This document shows, in pieces, positions 1-11,028 of a DNA stretch of 64,000 nucleotides. The translations under genes and the position numbers were made by a program. Positions within the stretch are counted from its first letter, which is position 1; every line of letters starts with the position of its first letter. Source of the DNA: Craspedostauros australis (lineage: Eukaryota); assembly GCA_030167865.1 (NCBI GenBank), contig JALAGF010000415.1:1-64000 (forward strand), written 5' to 3'. The notes beneath the pieces were generated by a model that saw only the letters and a program-made list of their open reading frames with translations, had not been told where the DNA came from and ran no database searches.

Positions 1-372
1 GATGATCATGGGTGCTGAAGGGAGGGCAGCATGGTGCCATCGAGAATTTTTCGCACCCACCACCTGACAGACAGCAAGCCAAAATGACATTAAAAATAAA
101 GTTCATACAATTGTAACTTCGATATTCAGAATAAGCGATAGCCAAGCGTCCGAATGCACTGTCTAGTTTTAATTTTAAACGATGTGTTGTTGAGATATAG
201 CATCATAAGCAGTTGTTTGGATGGTTTTGGGTGTGCTCTATTTTAGTCTACTTTATCACGACTCATCACGAGTAAAACTCCACAACTAGTGCTATCGTGA
301 CCCATTTTACATTCTCTGCAGGTCGTACCTGCGGATCATCTCTCCTGATCGCCACCATCACCATCACCATCA

Positions 373-2220
373 TCACAAGGCGCTGGCCAAAATCTTGATC
401 TGCCGCTTGATTTCATCCCTCCGACTTTCGTCATGTACTGACGCGAACGAACGGATGAAACGGATTAACGACGCGATGAGCCCACGGTGCTTGGCGAGCA
501 ATCGTCGGTTGCATGGGTTCTTGGCCAGCTGCATGACAGTGTCGACCGCGACGGAAACGCTTGCAACGTCCGACCCGCTGGCAATCGATTCCACCAGAAC
601 ATCCAGCACCTTGCCGCGTCGGCATAGCTTGAGGGAATTGGCGTCATCGGCCAGCAATGCCTGGACGGCGCGAACGGTGAAGGCCGACGTATGCTGCATG
701 CGGTCGATGTCGGACGCAGCCCAGCACATTGCGTCGATGAATCCAGGGTGTTCGATGAAGCGGATCGCATCGGGCTGGTGTTGCGCGATGAAAGCAACCA
801 GCTGGATCGTCGATTCCACGATATCAGGTCCACTGACGTCTATGCATTGACGCAGCACGCCGATACACAGCTCCGTCCCGATGAATTGCATGCGATGGTG
901 CTGGGCATGCGTTTGAAGCAGATCGATACTCAGGATCGGTACGACATCGAATGATGCATTCGATTGGTTCGCATGCAAGCGTCTTGATAGATGTGAGATC
1001 CAGATGTCACCAATTCGACCAACAGCAATAGCCTTGTTCAATCGGCTGCGACCAAGAAGGATGTACAGGCAGGCGATGCACGTCCAAGAGGAGAAAGTGG
1101 ATTGATCGGCACGGGTACCTCCGTTTCTTGTCAGATCGACCAAGGATGTTAGCAGCGAGGCACCTCCGCACGCTGGCGCTGGTGCGTGCAAAGGCGCCTG
1201 CTGTCCTGACGGCGGCAGTTCGAAACTGCATTGTGCTGCAATGCCCGTGCGCATATCCGCGTGCTGATTGTCAGACGCGTTGTCGAGGATATTCATTTGC
1301 TCGATTTGTCGAATCCAATCATGTCGGTTGTTTCGAAATTTTATGCAACGATGCAAGGTCCTGTGCGATGCGTGACCTTCACCTGGCAAAACGCCATGAT
1401 TCCGCACAACAAGTCTTTCCATGGCATCCAGCACTGCAGTTGCGAGCTCGCAGCATGCACCTTCAATCTGTTGGGCCTGCTGGACTTGTGCGAGGCTATC
1501 AGCATTTCGAGTGTTGCCGTTTTGCGTGTTGCCATTCTCAGTGTTTGCACTCGCACCATCACTTCTTCTCGACGGCACATGCGCAGGCGCAGGCACGAGC
1601 ATTGGTGTTCGCGTCATTGCTTGCATCGCGGCGAGCATAGTTTGGCATGCATCGTGCCATTGAAACCAGAATGGCTGCATCATCTGTCGACCGTCGCTGC
1701 TGATGCCACCGTCCATCTGGAATAGAAGCTTGAGATTGATGAGAATCTGCAGCTCGATATCGTGCATCATCCTGATGCCAAGGCCGAGGAGAAGGAGTCT
1801 GTGCAATTTCCTCACGGATCTTGGGCTGAGCTGCCTCTGTTTGCCAGTCTTCCCCTTCTCTCGGAACACCGTCGCCGCGTGTTGTAGGAGGATCAGTAGC
1901 TTGCGTCGTTCGTTGTTCATGTCGGAATCGCGTAACTTCCTGTGGTTGATGATCCTTCCCATCTGACGAAATAGACCTTGCAACCATGCAGGATCTGGTT
2001 GGGAGACGATGTTGCTACCAGCATGATCGACAGCCGATCTGAACGGTTGTCTCGTCTTCACTGGTGAAATGGATGCGCCCATGGGATGGTTGGCATAATC
2101 AAACTGACTAAAACCACCACGAATGGCGACACCTGTCGACCATTGCAATTGCGATTGTGTTTGCGATTGCCTTCGCGACGGAAGCTCCAGTTTCCTCTTC
2201 TTTGTGATGTAGCTCCGCAT
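373..2220 (-). CDS. Hypothetical protein with C-terminal armadillo/HEAT-like helical repeats
   Basis: Long ORF (373..2274; first ATG at 2220, MRSY...). The C-terminal amphipathic helices (VLDVLVESI...AVDTVMQLAKNPCNRRLLAKHRGLIASLIRF) resemble ARM-like repeats. 5' end uncertain. Confidence 0.6.
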   Translation of the reverse strand: MRSYITKKRKLELPSRRQSQTQSQLQWSTGVAIRGGFSQFDYANHPMGASISPVKTRQPFRSAVDHAGSNIVSQPDPAWLQGLFRQMGRIINHRKLRDSDMNNERRKLLILLQHAATVFREKGKTGKQRQLSPRSVRKLHRLLLLGLGIRMMHDIELQILINLKLLFQMDGGISSDGRQMMQPFWFQWHDACQTMLAAMQAMTRTPMLVPAPAHVPSRRSDGASANTENGNTQNGNTRNADSLAQVQQAQQIEGACCELATAVLDAMERLVVRNHGVLPGEGHASHRTLHRCIKFRNNRHDWIRQIEQMNILDNASDNQHADMRTGIAAQCSFELPPSGQQAPLHAPAPACGGASLLTSLVDLTRNGGTRADQSTFSSWTCIACLYILLGRSRLNKAIAVGRIGDIWISHLSRRLHANQSNASFDVVPILSIDLLQTHAQHHRMQFIGTELCIGVLRQCIDVSGPDIVESTIQLVAFIAQHQPDAIRFIEHPGFIDAMCWAASDIDRMQHTSAFTVRAVQALLADDANSLKLCRRGKVLDVLVESIASGSDVASVSVAVDTVMQLAKNPCNRRLLAKHRGLIASLIRFIRSFASVHDESRRDEIKRQIKILASAL

Positions 2221-2875
2221 GTCGTCAATTGATGATGGAACTGGTGATAGGATGACGAATGAGGGGGGTGTCACAGCTATTTAGCATCAACACTGCCATT
2301 GATTGTTTGTGATCTTTGTGGCAAATGCATGTAGCGTCGTCGAAGTGTTGAAGTGTTGAAGAGTTGAATGTAATGAAGATCTGTATGGAGCATGACGGCC
2401 ACATCTTCAGTTCTGAACCTGGCTCCATGATCGGCATCGGTGTCAATGTTGGCATCACACAATCGAGAATTGTTGTTGTTGTTGCGTTTGTTCTTGCGAT
2501 GATTGTCTTCACCAAAAATGACGCGGAATTTTCTGGGACTCGCCAAATTTGTGTGTGCATCCGCCTATTTTTCGAAATGAGATTGATCAACGCCGCACTA
2601 ACGCTCACAAGTTCAGTTCGTGACCCATGCGACTATTCTTTCATTTGAAAGGCCATATATATAGATTATAGACATCTACCGCAACTTTTGAGAGATATCA
2701 ACAACAACAAATCACGAAAGATCGTCGCGCAAACAAGAACGGAACAGAAATCGAAGGTGGTTCAATAAACAGACCAGACCAGCCAACTGCACTCCCCAAT
2801 ACTCTACTCTACTCAATACAACACAATACTTGTACTACGTCACATCACGATACGATCATCAGCATCAGCATAAGC

Positions 2876-3814
2876 ATGTACAGATATGGTTCATCTGCCC
2901 GGGCGGGTGTTGGCAAGAGAGGTCATGGCGGTCGAGACTACAAGCCTCCGCCAGAAAGGAGAGATCCCAATTCGACGCCGCCGCCGCTGAAGCAGTGCGG
3001 TTGTTTGCTGGAGCTGCATATTGAAGAGTACGGATCTGTAGCCCCACAAGGGCGTGCGCATCATGCCTTTGGAGGAAGGCGAGTCGTGGAGGATATGGAA
3101 CGGCACATCCGATCAAACTTTTGCGTCCATCTCATCCTGCCAGGCAGGAAGCAGACAGGGCCCGTTGCTGTGGTCGGGCGGACCCACCGAGAGGCCGTGC
3201 CAGCAGCGCTGTATCTGATGCAGATTCTGAGCAGCAATCCAAGGAATTCAGAAGCGGCACGATCGCACGTGAATGGCAACTCCGCCGCCCTTTTCCCAAT
3301 TGCAGGCCGTGTCTTCCTAGACACCAAGCGCCCGGATCGTCATCTCTCCGGAGCATGGCAGAGATCGGATGAAGCTGCGAATCGATCGCAGTGGCTCTTC
3401 ACGAGCATCGAGCACAGCGCGGCACCATCACATGCACATGCACATCCGCAACAATCATGGAGCGCCTTGTCATGTTCGCTGCGTCTATTTGCGTCGGGCA
3501 GCGATGAAGTATCGACCACCGACGATAGTGATGGCAACGGAGACGGCGACGGCGAGAATACGAGTGATGGCAACAGCAGTGGGGCAGCCAGCGAAGGCGA
3601 AGATCACAGTAAGGATCTTCCTGATCCGAGATTACAAAGTGCTGCCGCGCTGAAAACATGCATGGGCAATGTCGTATTCCGGTTGGGAAAGGAATGCGTT
3701 TCCAAACTCGACTTGTTCTTTCACGGTGACTTTGCATTCTGCGTCGGCGACTCGCAACAGTCTCAAAGGATCCACGATGAAATCAAGACGATGCTGCAGT
3801 CCGCGAGGTCGTAG
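2876..3814 (+). CDS. Hypothetical protein, 312 aa
   Basis: ATG-initiated ORF with globular-looking segments and an acidic linker, divergent from the upstream gene across an AT-rich spacer. No family recognised. Confidence 0.6.
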   Translation: MYRYGSSARAGVGKRGHGGRDYKPPPERRDPNSTPPPLKQCGCLLELHIEEYGSVAPQGRAHHAFGGRRVVEDMERHIRSNFCVHLILPGRKQTGPVAVVGRTHREAVPAALYLMQILSSNPRNSEAARSHVNGNSAALFPIAGRVFLDTKRPDRHLSGAWQRSDEAANRSQWLFTSIEHSAAPSHAHAHPQQSWSALSCSLRLFASGSDEVSTTDDSDGNGDGDGENTSDGNSSGAASEGEDHSKDLPDPRLQSAAALKTCMGNVVFRLGKECVSKLDLFFHGDFAFCVGDSQQSQRIHDEIKTMLQSARS

Positions 3815-4096
3815 CATGAAGCTTGCGATTGGAGTGTGGCGATTGCCAGTAGCTCCTGCAATATTGGAACACCTCTGGGGGAAATACTGCACAACGCAGA
3901 TGCGGATGACTGACTACATGCATGACTCATCCCAAAGATGAAATGCAGAGACGTCGGAAATTGGACGAGAAGGATTGAGGTTGAAGTAATTTAGCTGGCT
4001 AAGATTCGATGCTTGCCGCCGCTCAACGTAATCATTGCGTGATAGAGGAGTATTATCGGTCCTCGTAGATTGTTGGACTTTGCCGTATGCGCGAAA

Positions 4097-4633
4097 TCAT
4101 ACCCTCCTCTTATTTTTGAGCACATGATACAGAGCTACCGCCAACGTGCCCAGAATGACGGCCGTGACGCAATGAGTCCTCCGCGTCTCTGCTCGCCGCC
4201 GCAGCTGCGCTTGTTCGGCACCTTTCTCGAAGCAATATCGCACCGGCAGGATGACATCCATGGCCTCCTGGATCAATTCCGAGTCGACCTTCATATCCTC
4301 CAACGTGCCACGAAAATGTTGCATGACGATATCGAAATGCCCCGCGTTGAGTCCCTCGTCAAAGAGCCGCGTGTGCCGATTGAGCACGAGCCGTTCCACG
4401 TCGAAGTCTTGCGGGACGTGCGTGAAGGCGATGCTCATGAGGTTGAGGTAGTGCCATTTGAGGATGGAGAGATCGGCGTTGCGGAAGAAGATGTTGAGGC
4501 GCTCGTCCTGGACCTGCCGATCGTAGAACGTCTCGACTGCCTTGGCCAGCACCTCCTTTCCGCCCAGCTTGCTGAGCATGATAGTCTTGCGTCGGTTGGC
4601 GCCGAAATGCAGAATGTCGGTACTTGCGGACAT
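4097..4633 (-). CDS. Group I truncated (2/2) hemoglobin with C-terminal hydrophobic tail
   Basis: KLGG..V..AVETFY (B9-B10 FY), DERLNIFF (CD1 Phe), proximal His in NRHTRL, GLNAGHFDIV..HF..TL. Likely start MSASTD at 4633. Confidence 0.88.
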   Translation of the reverse strand: MSASTDILHFGANRRKTIMLSKLGGKEVLAKAVETFYDRQVQDERLNIFFRNADLSILKWHYLNLMSIAFTHVPQDFDVERLVLNRHTRLFDEGLNAGHFDIVMQHFRGTLEDMKVDSELIQEAMDVILPVRYCFEKGAEQAQLRRRAETRRTHCVTAVILGTLAVALYHVLKNKRRV

Positions 4634-5288
4634 GGTTGCGGTGGATGTACGTAAAATAATATGTGTTCGAGTGGAGCGTGGAGTCCTGGTGTCGTGATTG
4701 CGAATGTGGCTGTGGTTGTGTAACGATCGATAGATGGAGGGATGGAGTGAATGAATGATGTTTGTGATGTCGAGGGACGAAGGAGAGGATGCGATGGTGG
4801 CGATGTTGTGTGGAGTGGTTTCTGTAGGGACACTTCCGCAATGTTGGTGTGTCGGAGATGAACGAGAAGCCATTTGTCAATGAGTTCGCTTTCAGAAGTG
4901 ACGCAATCATTTCACTTCCAGTCTCGCTTCGACTAATATGATCAAGTTCATTCCCGGTTCCGGAATTGTTCTTCTTGTGTGTGTCGTGGAAGAAGAATGT
5001 CGCCCAAGAAGAAAACGTGAACGGGCGAAGTGTCAAGAAACAGATGACGATGAAGAACAACACACGTGTAGTTGCAACAGAGAGGCAGAGGCAGCGCTCC
5101 TGTCCACGTTCGACGCCACTACCGTTTCGGGCACCTCTCTGCAGGCACTCGCATGACCCAACTCCCAAACAGGCACACAATGGAGCAGAAGCAAGAAAGA
5201 GAACAAAAGAAGAGGAGGCTGCTATACCATTGACGCATTATACCATACACGGTCGTACCATACAAAGCGGCTGCTCTAATCTGCACTC

Positions 5289-5345
5289 TGCACGTACCAT
5301 TGCACGTACCATTGCACGTACCATTGCACGCACCATTGCACGTAC
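5289..5345. repeat. 12-bp tandem repeat (TGCACGTACCAT) x ~4.7
   Basis: Direct reading: units at 5289, 5301, 5313, 5325 (one mismatch) and a partial unit at 5337. Confidence 0.95.
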
Positions 5346-5380
5346 GCGTACACACACATACGCACAGTCGCACTCGCACA

Positions 5381-6517
5381 ATGCCCAAAGAGGCGAACAT
5401 GAGATCAAGACAGACGACGATGCGACGCCCCAAGATGATGGCAGCGATGATGACCCAGATCCTCATCTGCGCCATCCCTTCGAAGTGCCTCGGCTTCGCC
5501 AATGCCCGTCCCTTCATCGCGGGCGGCATCCGCCATCCATCGCTGGTCGCGAGTTCCGTGATGATCCGGTTCAAGCAAGGAACGCGCAGCAAGCACAGAG
5601 CTCGAAAACCACTTTCGACGAGCGCGGAAGACTCTCAGGAGGAGGGTTCGTTGGCATCCACGAGCACGAGAGGCAGCGGTGTCGGCGTCTCGCAAATGAC
5701 GCAAGTGCGGGATGTGCCGCAGATCGATGAGAAAGGCAGTTCGGGAAGTCCTGCGACGCGACAGACCTCGGAAGATCGTTTGAAGAAGCTTGCTTCAAGA
5801 TCGGCCTTGGCAGTTGCCGTGGCGGGACTCATAGTTTACCGCAAACCAGTGCTCGCATTCCTCAACTACGTTCGCAGCGATTGGCTGTACGCCACGTTGG
5901 GACGACTGGAATCGGCCGGACCTGTGGGACTGCTCGTCTACGGAGTAGCCTTCTTCCTGTGGGAGTGCACGCTGGGCATCACGACGCCAGTCGAGACTGC
6001 GGCAGGCATCGCCTTTGGTTCCACGAAGGCCATCCTCGCGACCGGCACGGCCAAGTTCCTGGGCGCGATCACGTCCTTCCTCATCGGCCGGTACTACCTG
6101 CACGACAAGGTCGAACCCTTCGTCCGCGAACAGGAACTCCTGCAGCTCGTGCAAGCCTCCATGCAAGAGACGCCGTTCCGCGTCGCATTGCTGCTGCGAT
6201 TTGCGCCGCTGCCGGAATTCGTCAAGAACTACGGCATCGCCGTGCTGCCATTGCCGCTGCGGACCTTCGCCCTCACGACCTTCTTGCATGGCATTCCCTT
6301 CACGTGTTTGTGGTCCAGCTTGGGCGGTGAGACGGCCCGCGTCATGAAGGGCGCGAGCCCTTCGAAGTCTCTCAAGGTGCTCATGGCCGCGGCGTTTTGG
6401 ATCGGGATCGGCGCGCAGATGGGCATGGCGTATTGGATCAAGACGTTGCGGGATAAGCAGGTGGAGCAGCGGTCTTCGACGAGCGATGTGGATGCGGTTC
6501 ATGCGCAAACGTTTTGA
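5381..6517 (+). CDS. DedA/VTT (TVP38/TMEM64, SNARE-associated) membrane protein, possibly plastid-targeted
   Basis: TPVETAAGIAFG...FLGAITSFLIGRY...LLLRFAPLPEFVKNYG motifs and several TM helices. N-terminal hydrophobic stretch followed by CLG-F. The start could be any of several ATGs from 5381 onward. Confidence 0.82.
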   Translation: MPKEANMRSRQTTMRRPKMMAAMMTQILICAIPSKCLGFANARPFIAGGIRHPSLVASSVMIRFKQGTRSKHRARKPLSTSAEDSQEEGSLASTSTRGSGVGVSQMTQVRDVPQIDEKGSSGSPATRQTSEDRLKKLASRSALAVAVAGLIVYRKPVLAFLNYVRSDWLYATLGRLESAGPVGLLVYGVAFFLWECTLGITTPVETAAGIAFGSTKAILATGTAKFLGAITSFLIGRYYLHDKVEPFVREQELLQLVQASMQETPFRVALLLRFAPLPEFVKNYGIAVLPLPLRTFALTTFLHGIPFTCLWSSLGGETARVMKGASPSKSLKVLMAAAFWIGIGAQMGMAYWIKTLRDKQVEQRSSTSDVDAVHAQTF

Positions 6518-6805
6518 GGTTGGGCATTTTGTGCAACCTGAATACGCGTGCGTGATTACACATACTGTTGTGATCGCATTGCAAGCAGAGCCTCCGGATG
6601 TGTCCCTGTAGTAGACATAACTGTTAAAAAAGAGTACCATGTACATTTGCAAGTGCTCAAAATCGCGTATTCTCTCACGAAGAGAAGTGTACGAGCTACT
6701 CTCCTCATTTTTGTGTGTTGGAAGTCGACTTGTAGAATTGGGAGTTGGATCCGACGTGTGTGAGTTGAGACAATCTATTCCACGTTTGAAACAAACATCT
6801 CCCCT

Positions 6806-7891
6806 TTACACATCCAACTGCGTGACGCTCCATGGATCGTCGATGTCCGTGCCTGGGATGATCGAGTTCGCGGTGCTGCCGATGCCCGTCGCCTGGAGAT
6901 TGAATGCGAACGACACCCGTGTCAACGATTCGTGCTGGACCATCGGAACTCCATGCAATAACCACGATGGGAATAGCACGACCTGACCTTCTTGTGGATG
7001 CATTGCGACGTCGCCGTCCTCGTTGATGTACTGCAAACTTTCATCATGGTTGCATCGCTCACGCCATGCAGTGTCCGTTAGTCGCTGCGGTCTGCGAAAC
7101 ACCAAGGGAGCGCTGCCTTCCGGAACTCGGGCGTAGTACACTCCGGATACCAACGCATCCGTGTGCACATGATCACCATGATACGCGCCTGCTCCACGTT
7201 GAATGGCTGCCCACATGCAGATATCCAGCATCGATGAAGCATTGTCATACGTCCTATCATCTGGATCGTCTCCAGCGCTCGACAATACCCGAGACAGCGT
7301 CGACTCGAAACCGTATTGTGTCGAAGCATGCTGCTGCTGCGGAGGGCTGATTCCATCCTGCTGACCATCGCCATCGGAACGGAAGGCGTGAGGGTACATC
7401 ATACCCGCAACCTGCTTGGATCTTTGCGTGCCTACATGATGAAGATATGTGGCACACAGCAGCGGCAGCACGTTCTGCTCCAATTGCATGGCGGAGTCGG
7501 ACTGCGCCAGCTGCGACAGGGCCATGCGATATCCACGAATGCGCTGATACTCGAAGAAGTAATCATTGTTCGTGACTACGTCGCCAGCGGTATGGTTGGC
7601 ACCTGTTACTGCAATGCCTTGGTATTTGGTCGTCTGCGGATGTTGAGCTGTTGGCTTCGAATCAGCAAGTGGGGACGCTGACGACGGGCGCTGCCGTTTC
7701 CTTCGGCGGCCTGCGGCTGCTGACGATGGCGGCGACGATGCACGATGCGTCTCGAGGTACTGATCAAAGCCTCGCACCGCCGCATCCGCCAATGTGCCGT
7801 TGGCATCCGTAGACACGATGCCAGACTTGATGAGGTTGGTGGTGGCGACGGGCGCAACGCCCCAAAGGGACCGGAATCCGATGGAATTCAT
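6806..7891 (-). CDS. 2OG-Fe(II) oxygenase (TIGR02466-like)
   Basis: HxH motif YHGDHVH...VSGVYY, PQEGQVVLFPSWLLHGVP, RVSFAFN. First ATG at 7891. Confidence 0.85.
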   Translation of the reverse strand: MNSIGFRSLWGVAPVATTNLIKSGIVSTDANGTLADAAVRGFDQYLETHRASSPPSSAAAGRRRKRQRPSSASPLADSKPTAQHPQTTKYQGIAVTGANHTAGDVVTNNDYFFEYQRIRGYRMALSQLAQSDSAMQLEQNVLPLLCATYLHHVGTQRSKQVAGMMYPHAFRSDGDGQQDGISPPQQQHASTQYGFESTLSRVLSSAGDDPDDRTYDNASSMLDICMWAAIQRGAGAYHGDHVHTDALVSGVYYARVPEGSAPLVFRRPQRLTDTAWRERCNHDESLQYINEDGDVAMHPQEGQVVLFPSWLLHGVPMVQHESLTRVSFAFNLQATGIGSTANSIIPGTDIDDPWSVTQLDV

Positions 7892-8491
7892 CCTCGTGGA
7901 TTGTGCGTCAGCGTCGCGATCGTTGTCAACTCTGTTCCTTGCGATCCTCTGTGGATTTGACGACCACTCGACCCAATCCAACCATCGACCCTCCTCTTGC
8001 TCTCTTGGTGCTCTTGACGCCCACACCAAGCAACTCCATCCCTGATGGGTCTGCCGAGAAAGGCAGAGAAGTTGATGTTCTCATCTTGCAGTCGAACTGG
8101 TCAAATAGATACGATTTTGGGCTGATTGTGTCACGAAGAAAGAAACAAAGACAAAAAGTTCGGGCCGCGAAGTCATCGCGCATCCAAAACCGTTCCGCAC
8201 GAACATCAACACCAGAAACTGCGCAGAGGGAAGGAAGGTGGCCATGGGGAGCGACACATCGGCCGCCCACGACAAGTGCACCGGTCCGAGTGCTCACACC
8301 ATGCGACGACCTCCGACTACATACCAGTACTTCCTCGCACCCTTCGTGTAATCTAGCGTCAACTAGTCTTCTCCACTTTCGACCAACGCTCGAAGTCCCA
8401 CCCATAATTGCAGCACGGCGCACGGGTAGCGGCAGGACCTCCATTCCGCACGAAAGGACAACACCCAACCCTCCCTCCGCAGCGCGCCAAG

Positions 8492-9742
8492 ATGGAGTCC
8501 AGCGACAATGCGTACGAGGTGCTGGGGCTGGAGGCCTCGGCCACGTCCACCCAAATCAAGAAGGCCTACCGGACGATGGCGTTGAAGTTCCATCCCGATC
8601 GCCAATCGACGGAAGAGGACAAGAAGAAGTGCCAGCACGTCTTCGCCAAGCTGTCGCACGCCTACGAGATCCTGTCCGATGACGAGGAGCGCGAGCGGTA
8701 TGACAAGAAGCTGAAGGAGGCGGAGAAGCCCGCGGCCAAGCCAAAGAAGGCGCCATTCCCCCAACCGTCGAAGACGCCCGCCGCAGCCAAGACGGCGACT
8801 CCGCCATCATCGTCGTCGTCTCCTTCCAAATCAAAATCGGGAGGCGGCACCAGCCCCAAGCCCGCGAAGCAAAAGAAGAAGGTGCCGAAAAGCCAGACAA
8901 TGTCGAAGCAGACACCCCAGGTGGAAAAGTCATGGCAGGAACGCACGGATGACAATGCGGCCAAAGAATGGGGCTTCGCGCTTGGCACAAACAACGACAA
9001 TCCGCTCTTGATGAACGGTGCCGGCTACGACTACACGCCGACCAAGGGATTCCACGATCCGTACGAAGTCTTCAAGAAGGTCTTCCGTGAGGAGTTCGGC
9101 GAGGACTACAAGCCCGGCCTGTCGACAAAGGAGAGCAAGGCGGCCCGCAACCGTCCCAACGCGGGGCGTGGTCAGGTGACGCTGTACGAGCACGACGACA
9201 ATTCGAAGATGGTCAAGTCCGACAAGAAGAACGGTGACAAGAAGAAGAAGATGGCACCCAACAACCCAAGCGCCGGTTGGGATGAGCCTGACAACCGCCC
9301 GGTTGCCATGAGGATGGAGACCAGACAGAACGTACTGCCCAACAACCAGATAGAGACCATCACGACGACCTACATCACCCGCCCTGACGGGAAGGTCGAG
9401 ACGGTCGTCAAGTCTTCTGTCGATGGCAGCGACCACAATCCTTTGTTGGCGAAGAAGAAAAATGCCAACAGCAGCGACGACAAGAAAGGGAAGTCGCAAT
9501 CCGGAAACAGCAAGGCACTTGTGTCGGCGAACCCAGCAATGAACACCTCGAAGAACAAGCAGAAAAAGAGCACGGACATTGTCATCAAGAAGACCAAGCC
9601 CAACAAGAAGGGCAACAGCGACAACAACACCAACTCGACTGCCCTCGTCCCAGTTTCGGACAGTGATACTGAAGGTGAACAAAACAAGAACAAACGTGCC
9701 AGCGGATTCCTGGGAAGGTTCTTTGGCAAGAAGAAGGAGTGA
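8492..9742 (+). CDS. DnaJ/Hsp40 J-domain protein with Lys-rich low-complexity C-terminus
   Basis: YEVLGL...IKKAYRTMALKFHPD...AYEILSD..R..YD J-domain with HPD; later FHDPYEVFKKVFREEF segment. Confidence 0.92.
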   Translation: MESSDNAYEVLGLEASATSTQIKKAYRTMALKFHPDRQSTEEDKKKCQHVFAKLSHAYEILSDDEERERYDKKLKEAEKPAAKPKKAPFPQPSKTPAAAKTATPPSSSSSPSKSKSGGGTSPKPAKQKKKVPKSQTMSKQTPQVEKSWQERTDDNAAKEWGFALGTNNDNPLLMNGAGYDYTPTKGFHDPYEVFKKVFREEFGEDYKPGLSTKESKAARNRPNAGRGQVTLYEHDDNSKMVKSDKKNGDKKKKMAPNNPSAGWDEPDNRPVAMRMETRQNVLPNNQIETITTTYITRPDGKVETVVKSSVDGSDHNPLLAKKKNANSSDDKKGKSQSGNSKALVSANPAMNTSKNKQKKSTDIVIKKTKPNKKGNSDNNTNSTALVPVSDSDTEGEQNKNKRASGFLGRFFGKKKE

Positions 9743-10043
9743 CGCAGCGAACAGGTTGCACCGTCGCTGTCATCCATCTCCTTCCTCCTCTTCGCTATGC
9801 TCGGCCATGATACCATACGATATGGGCTCGTGCGAAAGTCCTTCAGCGCCTTCTCTACAATATCATATTCTACGAAGGATGCATATCCATCGCTCTTGAT
9901 GACTGCGTGGGGCAGTTGGCCTGCACACGCATCGAACGCAAGCATAGCTCGTACGAGTTTGGCGGATTGTGAGTCCAGCCGAAATGCAATGCGAGAGAAG
10001 CAGAATACTCAAGGAATAAGTATACGAGTAGCACAAGCATAGT

Positions 10044-10116
10044 ATGCATGGTTGATGCGTGGCTTGCAGTAATGGCATGCATGATTGATGCGTGGCTTGC
10101 AGTAATGGCATGCATG
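10044..10116. repeat. 33-bp tandem duplication (x ~2.2)
   Basis: ATGCATG(G/A)TTGATGCGTGGCTTGCAGTAATGGC at 10044 and 10077, followed by ATGCATG. Confidence 0.9.
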
Positions 10117-10503
10117 CTCCAATCTCCCGTCTAGGGAGAGCATGTGCGTATTTATAACTCTCTCCAGAATGCAGTTCCAGTACATAGTCGAGGACTCCTC
10201 GATAGAGTACAGGATTGTTGTGCGATTGGTTGGCAAAACACCATGCGAGTACTATTGCCAATAGCAGGTGTCACTATCTCTGGCTGCCTGTACATACTCG
10301 TGTTAGTACGACCTACTCGGTTGCGCTTCTGGATGCCGTTCCATTCATCTTCCTCATTCGGTTGAGTCGCCTGGTTGTGAGGGTGTTGATCTTCTGGTTC
10401 CTATTTGTGCCGCCACCATCACACAGCCCACCAAATCCAACCAAATCACAACGCATCACAACGCATCACATCAAGAAGAAGAAGAAATACGCAGACCATT
10501 GCG

Positions 10504-11028
10504 ATGAGGTCGCTTCGTTCGGCAACCTTGCATCTGATCTCTGCATGGCTATTCCTGCTTGCATTGACGCAGACAGCAACCAGTTTCGTCCCCCATCCAT
10601 CACTGTGCCATTCAGCCAGGCATGTGGATTTTCTTCAAACCGCACCATCACCAACAGCAGCATCAACAGCGACGACGACGACGAAGACAGCAACAACAAC
10701 GACAATAACGAGGACATCGAGATACCCACGACAAAGTCGCCTGTTCATCGGCACGGGATTTTCATTCAACGATGGAGAGCAGGTGCTGATCTCTGTCCAG
10801 AAGCCGCTGGGTATCATTCTCGAACAAGATAGCGACGATGGGGCCATCCTCGTGACCGAAGTGGATCCTTCTGGATCGGCCGCAAACGCTGGTGTTCAGG
10901 TCGGTGATGTGCTCATGGCGGTGCAGAACGCATCCACCGAGAATGCAGATCTGGATGATGTCCTGGAATTTATGGGTCAGGCACCAAGGGTGATCAATCT
11001 GCGGTTTCTGCGCTTTGAGCCGGAGTGA
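10504..11028 (+). CDS. Single PDZ-domain protein with bipartite (signal + transit) plastid-targeting presequence
   Basis: Signal peptide ending ATS-FVP (ASAF-type), Thr-rich transit, then KPLGIILE...VTEVDPSGSAANAGVQVGDVLMAV PDZ fold. Confidence 0.85.
   Translation: MRSLRSATLHLISAWLFLLALTQTATSFVPHPSLCHSARHVDFLQTAPSPTAASTATTTTKTATTTTITRTSRYPRQSRLFIGTGFSFNDGEQVLISVQKPLGIILEQDSDDGAILVTEVDPSGSAANAGVQVGDVLMAVQNASTENADLDDVLEFMGQAPRVINLRFLRFEPE

Noticed and set aside
6806-7891. 2OG-Fe(II) oxygenase as a dedicated prolyl hydroxylase for the nearby GPS-repeat protein
   Set aside because: It has an HxH TIGR02466-type motif rather than the HxD prolyl-4-hydroxylase signature, shows no signal peptide, and is separated by unrelated genes. 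Proximity alone is not evidence in a eukaryote.
10044-10116. 33-bp duplication encoding CMPLLQATHQ twice in a minus-strand ORF
   Set aside because: A simple intergenic tandem duplication; the ORF has no other coding support.
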